A stretch of 32,000 nucleotides of DNA, taken from Solitalea koreensis. GTDB taxonomy: Bacteria > Bacteroidota > Bacteroidia > Sphingobacteriales > Sphingobacteriaceae. The position numbers and the translations under genes were made by a program. This document shows positions 24,981 to 32,000 of the stretch, in pieces. The notes below the pieces were generated by a model. It did no database searches, was not told where the DNA came from, and saw only the letters and a program-made list of their open reading frames with translations. Each line of letters begins with the position of its first letter. The stretch's first letter is position 1. The stretch lies in contig NZ_FXSZ01000002.1 in the NCBI RefSeq assembly GCF_900182575.1, forward strand, positions 263,501 through 295,500, given 5' to 3'.

Positions 24981-26126
24981 CTAAAACAATTCTTCCAACT
25001 TGCCTGTAAAATATTCCCAAGAGTATTTTTCTTTTTCCTGGTCAATGTTTTTAGCAAAAGCTTCTTCAAGGTCTTCTTGATAGAAGCGAACAATCGCTTT
25101 TGCTAATGAGGTGCTATCTTCAGCTGGAACAATGAAACCTGTTTTTCCATCAATAACCACTTCACTTAGAGCCCCTACATCCGTGCTAATCATGGGTTTA
25201 TTATAAAAATAGGCAATTTGAGAAATACCACTTTGCGTAGCTGAAACATAAGGTTGCACCACCAAATCACTTGCGCAGAAAAAATAGCGAATATGTTCAC
25301 TCGGCACGTATTTGGAGACTTGTATAACATCAACCGAAATCCCTAGTTTGTTAATTTGATCGTCATAAGGCTTTTCATCATCGTAATACTCTCCCACAAC
25401 CAAAAGTTTTAACCTTTCGTGTTTTAGAACTTCCGGCATCGCCTCCAATAAATATTGTAAACCTTTATATTTTCTGATAAAACCAAAGAATAGAATAACT
25501 TTTTCATTATCAAGATCAACATTGTAAAGTCTTTTTAACGCTAAGCGAGCGTCCGTTTTCAACACCGGTTCACCGAAAGAATTATAAATAGGATGTGGTG
25601 AATTTCTGAATGGTTTTACTTGATTGAATTTCTTCAAATCTTCTTCTACGCTATCGCTCAACACCATAAAAGCGTCGGCATTAGCAAAAACAACCTTGGT
25701 AAGTAGATTTTGTCCGGGTTGAGCCTCGTGTGGTAAAATGTTATGGCAAATAAAAATGATCCGAGTTTTACTAAACAGTTTTATGAAGAAAGAAATAACT
25801 GCAAAACAGGGAGCAAAAAATGGCATCCAATAGGAAAAAATAACCAAATCAGGTTTCATTTTCGCAATTCGCCGGCTGGTATTGATCCAACTTAACGGAT
25901 TTATGGTATCAATTAAACGAAGATTTTTTGCTTTAGGAATGCCAAATACATCTTCACCATCTTCAAACTGACTTTTACCCGGAAATAACAGATCGGGATA
26001 CTGACGCTTAAAATTCACGATTGCTACATCGTGTTTGGTTGACAGATACTGAAATAATATGGCTTCGCTCTGTGCAATTCCTCCCCGATACGGGTAAGCT
26101 GGGCCAACTAATATAATGTTACTCAA
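24981..26126 (-). CDS. Glycosyltransferase family 4 (GT-B fold)
   Basis: 381-aa ORF. The start is TTG (caa on plus, 26124-26126) and there is no in-frame ATG before the conserved N-terminal IILVGPAYPYRGGIA. The C-terminal region GKTGFIVPAEDSTSLAKAI resembles the GT4 E-x7-E region. Confidence 0.8.
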   Translation of the reverse strand: MSNIILVGPAYPYRGGIAQSEAILFQYLSTKHDVAIVNFKRQYPDLLFPGKSQFEDGEDVFGIPKAKNLRLIDTINPLSWINTSRRIAKMKPDLVIFSYWMPFFAPCFAVISFFIKLFSKTRIIFICHNILPHEAQPGQNLLTKVVFANADAFMVLSDSVEEDLKKFNQVKPFRNSPHPIYNSFGEPVLKTDARLALKRLYNVDLDNEKVILFFGFIRKYKGLQYLLEAMPEVLKHERLKLLVVGEYYDDEKPYDDQINKLGISVDVIQVSKYVPSEHIRYFFCASDLVVQPYVSATQSGISQIAYFYNKPMISTDVGALSEVVIDGKTGFIVPAEDSTSLAKAIVRFYQEDLEEAFAKNIDQEKEKYSWEYFTGKLEELF

Positions 26127-26209
26127 TGCTTATTTATTAAAAATCTTTCAGTCATAAGTCTATAGTCCCTTATCTAAAAGACTAGGACTATAGCCTATGA
26201 ACAGAAAAA

Positions 26210-27160
26210 CTAAACTTCTTTTTCTATTTGGTAAACATTACGTTCAGGTGAATTTCTGGCAATTAATTCGGCCAAAAATCCGGTTAGAAACAATTGAAAA
26301 CCTATTACGATTGCAATCAATGAAATGTAAAACAACGGATTATTGGTTACATCACGATACGTTTCATGTCGGGCAATTGCAACCAGCTTATCGATCAATA
26401 ACCATAAAGTCATGACAAAGCCGATCATAAAACTCAAAACACCCATTGCTCCAAAAAAGTGCATCGGACGTTTCGAAAATTTGCCCACAAAGAAAATAGA
26501 AAGCAAATCGAGGAAACCGTTCATGAAACGGCTCATTCCAAACTTTGTGGTTCCATATTGACGGGCGCGGTGTTCAACTACCTGCTCGCCAATCTTTTTA
26601 AAGCCTGCCCATTTTGCTATTACAGGCACGTAACGATGCATTTCACCGTACACTTCAATGCTTTTGACCACATCACTACGGTAGGCTTTTAATCCGCAGT
26701 TAAAATCATTTAACTGAATACCCGACATCCTACGAGTAGCAGCATTGAAAAATTTAGTAGGTATGGTTTTAGTAATCGGATCGTAACGTTTCTTTTTCCA
26801 ACCTGAAACTAAATCATATCCTTCTTTTACAATCTTATTATACAAACCAGGAATTTCATCAGGACTATCCTGTAAATCGGCATCCATGGTAATTACAACT
26901 CTTCCTTGAGCAGCTTCAAAGCCTACATTTAAGGCAGCTGATTTACCATAATTACGACGGAATTTTACACCCCGTACATTTTCATTCTTTGCCTCTAACT
27001 CTTCAATGACCTTCCAGGTACGATCCGTACTTCCATCATCAATAAAAAGAACTTCATAAGAAAAGTTGTTTTCCTGCATCACGCGTGCGATCCAAGCTTC
27101 TAATTCAGGCAATGATTCATCTTCGTTATAAGAAGGTACTACTATTGAAATGTCTTTCAT
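26210..27160 (-). CDS. Glycosyltransferase family 2, polyprenyl-phosphate glycosyltransferase-like (DPM1/GtrB/ArnC type) with C-terminal TM helices
   Basis: 316-aa ORF with SIVVPSYNE, FIDDGSTDRT and DADLQD (DxD) motifs. Two C-terminal hydrophobic helices are present (FFGAMGVLSFMIGFVMTLWLLI and LFYISLIAIVIGFQLFLTGFLAELI). Confidence 0.88.
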   Translation of the reverse strand: MKDISIVVPSYNEDESLPELEAWIARVMQENNFSYEVLFIDDGSTDRTWKVIEELEAKNENVRGVKFRRNYGKSAALNVGFEAAQGRVVITMDADLQDSPDEIPGLYNKIVKEGYDLVSGWKKKRYDPITKTIPTKFFNAATRRMSGIQLNDFNCGLKAYRSDVVKSIEVYGEMHRYVPVIAKWAGFKKIGEQVVEHRARQYGTTKFGMSRFMNGFLDLLSIFFVGKFSKRPMHFFGAMGVLSFMIGFVMTLWLLIDKLVAIARHETYRDVTNNPLFYISLIAIVIGFQLFLTGFLAELIARNSPERNVYQIEKEV

Positions 27161-27228
27161 TAAATTCTGTTAGTAAAATATTCCTTGTAGGATTCATTAG
27201 GAGAAAACATCTCCTTTAAACCTTAAAT

Positions 27229-27258
27229 AAAAAATCCTGCCTCTTTTTAAGGCAGGAC
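27229..27258 (-). terminator. Rho-independent terminator after the distal DUF4199-like gene
   Basis: The minus strand reads CCTGCC-TTAAAAAGA-GGCAGG followed by ATTTTTTATTT. Confidence 0.65.
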
Positions 27259-27282
27259 AAAAATATCAATATTTCTGTTACT

Positions 27283-27747
27283 TTACTTTTGTTGTTTATT
27301 AAGAATTACCGCAACGATAATTGAAAAAATAAAACCGACAATTAAAGTAAATAGAATTATAAAAACAACAGCTGAATTTGGATTTCTATCACCTAAATTA
27401 ATCCACTCAGCCATCATTACTTTCGTATTCGAAAGATGAACAGAGGTAGCATAAATGTAATAATTCAGGCCCAGCAAGAAACCGGCAATACCACAACTTA
27501 ATACCCCTAATGCCATTGCTTTTGAAAAAGCAATGGTTCCATCTAATTTATGATCTCTAAAAATCTTAACTCCGAAATACACTAAAGCAAAAAACACCAA
27601 ATAGTTAATATGGAATTTTCCTATTGTTAACCTGATATGGGTTATGTATTCCATCATGTGAACAAATCCGATAACCATAGCAATGTAAAACCCTATTAAT
27701 ATAGCACGGGGTAAAATCGGATTATAGGATTTTGGAGAGTCATCCAT
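27283..27747 (-). CDS. DUF4199-like small membrane protein (paralog 2)
   Basis: The track ORF starts at 27765, but that ATG lies inside the upstream terminator hairpin. The second ATG (27747, MDDSPKSYNPILPRA...) is preferred. The protein is multi-TM and shares the core FG[IV]...R..L.G.I.[FY]S[KR]A[LM]..G.L with the neighbouring gene. Confidence 0.6.
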   Translation of the reverse strand: MDDSPKSYNPILPRAILIGFYIAMVIGFVHMMEYITHIRLTIGKFHINYLVFFALVYFGVKIFRDHKLDGTIAFSKAMALGVLSCGIAGFLLGLNYYIYATSVHLSNTKVMMAEWINLGDRNPNSAVVFIILFTLIVGFIFSIIVAVILNKQQK

Positions 27748-27750
27748 AAC

Positions 27751-27780
27751 AAAAAAGTCCTGCATTTATGCTTGCAGGAC
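27751..27780 (-). terminator. Rho-independent terminator between the two DUF4199-like paralogs
   Basis: The minus strand reads GTCCTGCA-AGCATAAA-TGCAGGAC followed by TTTTTTG. The 8-bp stem spans 27757-27780. Confidence 0.65.
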
Positions 27781-27804
27781 TTAAATATAAGAGTTCTTGG
27801 TGAG

Positions 27805-28341
27805 TTAATGACTATCAAACATTGGTTTTTCTTTTTTCAAAACTGAAGCAAGAAGTAATGAAATAATAAAACCAGAAAAGATTGCAACAGGAACAATAGT
27901 TGTGGCCATCATAGCCGGAGTCATGAATGATGCGCTCATTTTAATTGCCTGTTCAACTTGATCTGGAGCCATACCTTTATCCAGCATTTTTTTCTCCTGC
28001 ATTGCCATGATTTTGCTAATCATTTCAGGATCAATAAATTTAAGTTGAATAAAAGTATAAATGGCTGATAGTATACCACCCACCGCTGAAATAAGTGTAC
28101 CACAACCCAAAGCCCGACTGTAACTTATAAAACCAGCCAAGTCATTTTCACGATGATGCTGGATGCCAAACCATATAGCAGCAATGTAAATTGCATATTG
28201 AATGTAATGCACTTTTGAATCAAGTGGCATTCCAAGCATATACATTATTAATGAAAAAATAATAACCCCCAATCCCATATACAGACCATAAGTTATGGCT
28301 GTTTTCATTGGAGATACATTCGGTTGAATATCTTGTTCCAT
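27805..28341 (-). CDS. DUF4199-like small membrane protein (paralog 1)
   Basis: 178-aa ORF. MKTAITYGLYMGLGVIIFSLIMYMLGM and three further hydrophobic helices are present. The layout is typical of the Bacteroidota DUF4199 family as I remember it; this is not verified by search. Confidence 0.6.
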   Translation of the reverse strand: MEQDIQPNVSPMKTAITYGLYMGLGVIIFSLIMYMLGMPLDSKVHYIQYAIYIAAIWFGIQHHRENDLAGFISYSRALGCGTLISAVGGILSAIYTFIQLKFIDPEMISKIMAMQEKKMLDKGMAPDQVEQAIKMSASFMTPAMMATTIVPVAIFSGFIISLLLASVLKKEKPMFDSH

Positions 28342-28370
28342 AGATTGTACTTGTCCCCTTAATTTTCTAC

Positions 28371-29099
28371 CTATTTGATATTTACCGGTAATTCATCAAT
28401 ACCGTAATTATAAGCAAGTATGGCAAAGAGTACTGAGGTGTCAAAAGGTTTGTTATTGGCACTTTGAATGTATTCCTGCAATTCTTCAAGCGTAGGATCA
28501 GTTTCATTAAAGAAACTCATTAAAGGATAAAACTCATCTTTCAAAGCAGCATTATCGTTTAAACTTGCAGCTACTCGAGCAATTTCCGGATAAGTGCTTT
28601 CCATCAGCATTTGGTTCGCAATTACGTCTTCATAGATCTCTAATTCTTCCTGAAACTCCTCTTCTTCGATCAATAAAAACTCTTTTAAATAATCGGTAAG
28701 TTCTGGTTCGATTTCTTCATCCTCACATTCCTGCAGGTATAAAAATAAATTAAGTAATTCTGTCCCGCGATCAATCGTTTCATCTTCAATTTTCATCCAC
28801 TCAGGTGATTCCAGGTAATCTTCCTGCAGTTTTTTGGCATCGGAATTAAAGAAATTGATGAGCAGTAAGTCGAACGTCACCTCACGCAGATTTGCAAATT
28901 CAGGATGACCATCAAACACTTCATCCATCGCATTCATTTTGGCTTTGAAACCAACTTCGGCATTAAATACATTTTCCAACTGTTGGTAAAACACTTTGCC
29001 TGTACCATCAAGAGTAAACTCATTTTCCAATTTACCTGATTTTCCAATGCTGTAACCTGCTACCGCAGCCTCCAACGCCTGTTGAACTTGTTGATCCAT
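28371..29099 (-). CDS. Acidic hypothetical protein
   Basis: 242-aa ORF, strongly Glu/Asp-rich (e.g. LIEEEEFQEELEIYED, ECEDEEIEPELTDY), with no TM segment or signal peptide and no recognisable motif. It is tightly packed between the DHOase-like and DUF4199-like genes. Confidence 0.6.
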   Translation of the reverse strand: MDQQVQQALEAAVAGYSIGKSGKLENEFTLDGTGKVFYQQLENVFNAEVGFKAKMNAMDEVFDGHPEFANLREVTFDLLLINFFNSDAKKLQEDYLESPEWMKIEDETIDRGTELLNLFLYLQECEDEEIEPELTDYLKEFLLIEEEEFQEELEIYEDVIANQMLMESTYPEIARVAASLNDNAALKDEFYPLMSFFNETDPTLEELQEYIQSANNKPFDTSVLFAILAYNYGIDELPVNIK

Positions 29100-29185
29100 T
29101 TTACTTTTTAGATATAAGATGTGCGTATTGAGAAATGAGATTTAAAAATTTGATAAATATAGCCTATCTCTATTTGTGATACACA

Positions 29186-30457
29186 TTACGCTATACTCTT
29201 TATGAATTGATTATTATTAATAACTGCAAAGGCTTTACCTTTTAGCTGTTTACCAATGAAAGGTGTATTTTTTGACCTTGACTTTATATTCGATTCGGAT
29301 AAAGTCCATTCATGATCGGTATCAAAGATGGTTAAATTAGCTTTGGATTGTTCAGAAATGGCAGGAACCTCTAATCCTAAAATTTCTCTCGGACTTATTG
29401 CCAGCGTATACACCATTTTTTCCAAAGACAATACTTTTTCACAGCTCATGTTTAATAGTGGAAAAACCGTTTCCAATCCGGTTATACCATAAGAAGCTAC
29501 TTCAAACTCTACTTCTTTAAATTCAATTTCATGAGGAGTATGCTGAGAAACGACCGCATCGATGGTTCCATCTTTCAACCCGTCTTTCAGCGCTTTAATA
29601 TCCTTTTTATCACGTAACGGAGGTTTAACCTTAAAATTACTATCGAAACCTTCCAAAACGCTATCATCAAGTAATAAATGATGTGCGGCTACGTCGGCTG
29701 TAATTTGTAATCCTTTTTTACGCGCGGCCTTAATCTGACTCACTGCGCCTGCCGTTGAAACGGTAGTAAAATGAAGTTTGGATCCGGTGTATTCTGCTAA
29801 ATAAATATCACGGGCTACCATCAACTCTTCTGCAAGATTTGGAATACCTTTCATGCCTAATAAAGTTGAAGTAGGCCCCTCGTTCATTTTTGCTTTATCG
29901 GCAATTGCCGCATCTTCAGCATATGAAATAATTAGTCCGCCAAAAGCGCTCGCGTATTGCAATGAACGCATCATTAAGCCGGCATCTTGAATTGGCTTAT
30001 TACCATCCGAAAAAGCCACGGCACCTGATTGTGTCATGTCAAACATTTCAGAAATATCTTTTCCTTCACGTTTTTGGCTTATAGTACCAATTGGCAATAC
30101 ATCGACAAGCTTTCCTTTTGCCCGGTTTTTCACGTATTCAATTTCTGATTTAGAATGTAAAGGCGGATTGGTGTTTGGCATCAGAGCTACGGCAGTAAAA
30201 CCACCTGCAGCTGCAGCTGCGCAGCCAGTATCAACATCTTCCTTGGTTTCTAAACCTGGATCACCGAAGGTTACATTCATATCCATCCATCCCGGAGAAA
30301 TATACTGGCCCGCTGCATCATATACTTCTACACCACTTTTCTCAATTCCTTTCCCAATTTTTACAACCACGCCTTTTTCGATGAGTAAATCGAGTACTTG
30401 TCCATTAAATGTGGAATTAGGATCAACGATAGTAGCAGATTTTATTAATAAGTTCAT
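29186..30457 (-). CDS. Dihydroorotase-like amidohydrolase-fold protein with degenerate active site (PyrC'-like, probably non-catalytic)
   Basis: 423-aa ORF collinear with class I dihydroorotases (PGWMDMNVTFGDPG, TGCAAAAAGGFTAVALMPNTNPP, GAVAFSDGN, VVSQHTPH). The canonical metal-ligand positions are substituted; see findings. Confidence 0.8.
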   Translation of the reverse strand: MNLLIKSATIVDPNSTFNGQVLDLLIEKGVVVKIGKGIEKSGVEVYDAAGQYISPGWMDMNVTFGDPGLETKEDVDTGCAAAAAGGFTAVALMPNTNPPLHSKSEIEYVKNRAKGKLVDVLPIGTISQKREGKDISEMFDMTQSGAVAFSDGNKPIQDAGLMMRSLQYASAFGGLIISYAEDAAIADKAKMNEGPTSTLLGMKGIPNLAEELMVARDIYLAEYTGSKLHFTTVSTAGAVSQIKAARKKGLQITADVAAHHLLLDDSVLEGFDSNFKVKPPLRDKKDIKALKDGLKDGTIDAVVSQHTPHEIEFKEVEFEVASYGITGLETVFPLLNMSCEKVLSLEKMVYTLAISPREILGLEVPAISEQSKANLTIFDTDHEWTLSESNIKSRSKNTPFIGKQLKGKAFAVINNNQFIKSIA

Positions 30458-30501
30458 TAAATGGTCAGTAATTAATATGTTAAAAGTTAAAGATCATAGC
30501 A

Positions 30502-32000
30502 TTAGACCTTGTCCATTACATTTTGTTCTTTTATAGAGAATTCAGCAATACTTGATTTCCAAAAGCGAATTAAAAGTATTTCCAGCGCTAAAAAAATCAA
30601 ACACAAAATAACGCAATATTTCCATAGCCTTATACCTGAATTTTCTTCTTGAATTACTTTTCCAACCGCTTCGGTTGGTGTGTTTAAAAGCGATATCTTT
30701 TTTTGAGAAAGAATTTTGTCAAGATCACCATCCGAATAATAACTTAAATCAGATTCTGAACGGTCAAAGTTAAAACCAAATACTGCTAATTCTTGATTTC
30801 CATTCAAAAATTGATAAATACCCTCCTTTTTCACCTGATCATCGATATACAAATTCGTACTCGATTCATTATTTCGAACATCCGGAATGAATTCCAACTG
30901 CTTATTTTTAAACTTATAATTATTGCTTACAGAAGGTGGAAGCTTTGCTGTTTCAATGGTAGAAGTTTGACCAATAACATAATATAAAGGGTGTCGACTG
31001 CTGCTTAACATCGCTACCTTATACATCATCGGAACAAAAACCGCATGTCGGGGAAGGTTGGTTAAACTATCATCAAGCGGAACAGAAGAAAGGTATAATT
31101 TCCCACTAGCAATTCTGTACTTACTGATAAGACTTTGATTTCCTTGCAAACGCATAAGTGTTTCACGGTTGGTGCGAACCACATTATCCATTGTATAATA
31201 TCGCTTTACTTTAGGCCAATCCGGATTGTGAGGGATATTTTCAAATACTCCGTTAAAAACATCAGCCTGTAAATTCACTAGATCAACTTTATTTTCAATG
31301 TAATTTAGCTTCCCATAACGGTCAACACCTACTGATAGTAGAAAATCGTTATAGCTTTTTAAATCAGAGCCTAAACCCGGAAAAATCATTACGCTTCCAC
31401 CGGCTTCAAGATATTTTTTTAGTTGTTGCGCTAAACCACCTGAAAGCGTTTTTAGTTGATCGAGTACAATCAATTTTTGTTGTGGTATTAGGGAATAATC
31501 AATCTTGTTTTCTTCATTATTACTCAGTGAAAAGTAATCATCACTACGGTAAACAGCATTGATATATGGATTTGTTGCATTTCCGCTAATGGTTAGCACA
31601 TTTACTTTGTCATCAATTTTATAACTGAAATAAAGCTTATCATCAAATGTTATAGGGTAGTCTGAAATCTGAACTTCCCCCTTTTGCCAACCGCTTGATG
31701 AAGTTTTGTATGAAAGCGTGTCAATGGCTGATGCTCTCGCCTTTACTTTTACATTTCCGATTGCTTTTTGCTCCCCGTTTAGCAATAATTTAACAGGAAC
31801 ACTTTCTGCATCCTGATCTGTAAAGTTTCTGAGTTGCACTACCAAGGTTTCTGTTTCGCCTGGTTTATGAATGGGTGAGATGAACCAAACACTATCAACA
31901 GAAACATTAACTGTATGAGCACCTGTCACTGGTAAGGCGGTAATACGGATCGTTGAATCAGAACGTAACTTTTCAGAATCAATTGTATTTAATTGAAAAT
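30502..32000 (-). CDS. Membrane-anchored hypothetical protein (partial; N-terminus beyond window end), possibly of the BatA-N-terminal/double-TM family
   Basis: The track ORF starts at an internal GTG (31929). Manual translation shows the frame stays open for all 23 upstream codons to the window edge (FQLNTIDSEKLRSDSTIRITALP-V...). A C-terminal TM helix is present (LWKYCVILCLIFLALEILLIRFW). The family guess is from memory only. Confidence 0.55.
   Translation of the reverse strand, partial: FQLNTIDSEKLRSDSTIRITALPVTGAHTVNVSVDSVWFISPIHKPGETETLVVQLRNFTDQDAESVPVKLLLNGEQKAIGNVKVKARASAIDTLSYKTSSSGWQKGEVQISDYPITFDDKLYFSYKIDDKVNVLTISGNATNPYINAVYRSDDYFSLSNNEENKIDYSLIPQQKLIVLDQLKTLSGGLAQQLKKYLEAGGSVMIFPGLGSDLKSYNDFLLSVGVDRYGKLNYIENKVDLVNLQADVFNGVFENIPHNPDWPKVKRYYTMDNVVRTNRETLMRLQGNQSLISKYRIASGKLYLSSVPLDDSLTNLPRHAVFVPMMYKVAMLSSSRHPLYYVIGQTSTIETAKLPPSVSNNYKFKNKQLEFIPDVRNNESSTNLYIDDQVKKEGIYQFLNGNQELAVFGFNFDRSESDLSYYSDGDLDKILSQKKISLLNTPTEAVGKVIQEENSGIRLWKYCVILCLIFLALEILLIRFWKSSIAEFSIKEQNVMDKV

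Noticed and set aside
26127-26209. Nested inverted repeats (ctatagtcc ... ggactatag and agtct ... agact) between the GT2 and GT4 genes
   Set aside because: These are short imperfect stems with no T-run on the transcribed strand. They could be a weak attenuator, but the evidence is insufficient to call a feature.
21522-30987. Short track ORFs at 21522-21740, 22092-22316, 22986-23183, 24199-24423, 26197-26415, 26343-26561, 26459-26692, 30036-30536 and 30793-30987
   Set aside because: They are antisense to, or out of frame within, the adaptor, permease, TolC, GT2, DHOase-like and terminal membrane-protein genes. The 166-aa ORF at 30036-30536 is the mirror of the Ala/Gly-rich DHOase region.
1-32000. 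CRISPR arrays, IS elements or transposases, rRNA genes, and SusC/SusD pairs
   Set aside because: I looked for regularly spaced repeats and characteristic ORFs and found none. The only repeats seen are the 27-nt box pair, short hairpins, the (AT)6 tract and a 9-nt tandem duplication.

Overview
The window looks like a chromosomal segment from a Bacteroidota-type genome. The evidence is roughly 35-40% GC by eye, no obvious Shine-Dalgarno sites, DUF4199-like genes, GH3-dxr-rseP synteny and TolC/HlyD/FtsX efflux genes. Taxon assignment is inference only.

Layout by coordinate:
- 1-12.4 kb: a minus-strand sugar-utilisation locus. It holds a GH20 hexosaminidase (edge-truncated and absent from the ORF track), an SDR, a large secreted glycosidase-like protein, a UxaA-type dehydratase, FucP, a RhaM-family mutarotase and a GH3/PA14 beta-glucosidase, plus a divergent AraC regulator. 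A 27-nt box with conserved downstream spacing occurs upstream of both minus-strand transcription units.
- 12.6-15.6 kb: a conspicuously AT-richer segment abutting the 3' end of tRNA-Leu(CAA). It carries two orphan ORFs with no motif I can recognise. One is a 521-aa protein with four N-terminal TM helices and the other is a 270-aa protein.
- 15.7-20.6 kb: housekeeping genes (hscB-like, rseP, dxr, bacterial GH3-family protein).
- 20.8-24.9 kb: an HlyD-FtsX permease-TolC operon with no ATPase gene.
- 25-32 kb: a minus-strand envelope-type cluster. It holds GT4, GT2, two tandem DUF4199-like paralogs, an acidic hypothetical protein, a dihydroorotase-like protein lacking every metal ligand, and an edge-truncated membrane protein.

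The AT-rich segment is my best candidate for an undescribed system. Its two ORFs are joined by a 61-codon stretch that is stop-free and has no start codon, and the reading frames switch at an (AT)6 tract. Loss of one AT unit would fuse them into one protein of about 840 aa. The module has its own strong terminator.

I saw no CRISPR array, transposase, integrase or rRNA. All functional calls rest on motif recognition by eye; no searches were run.
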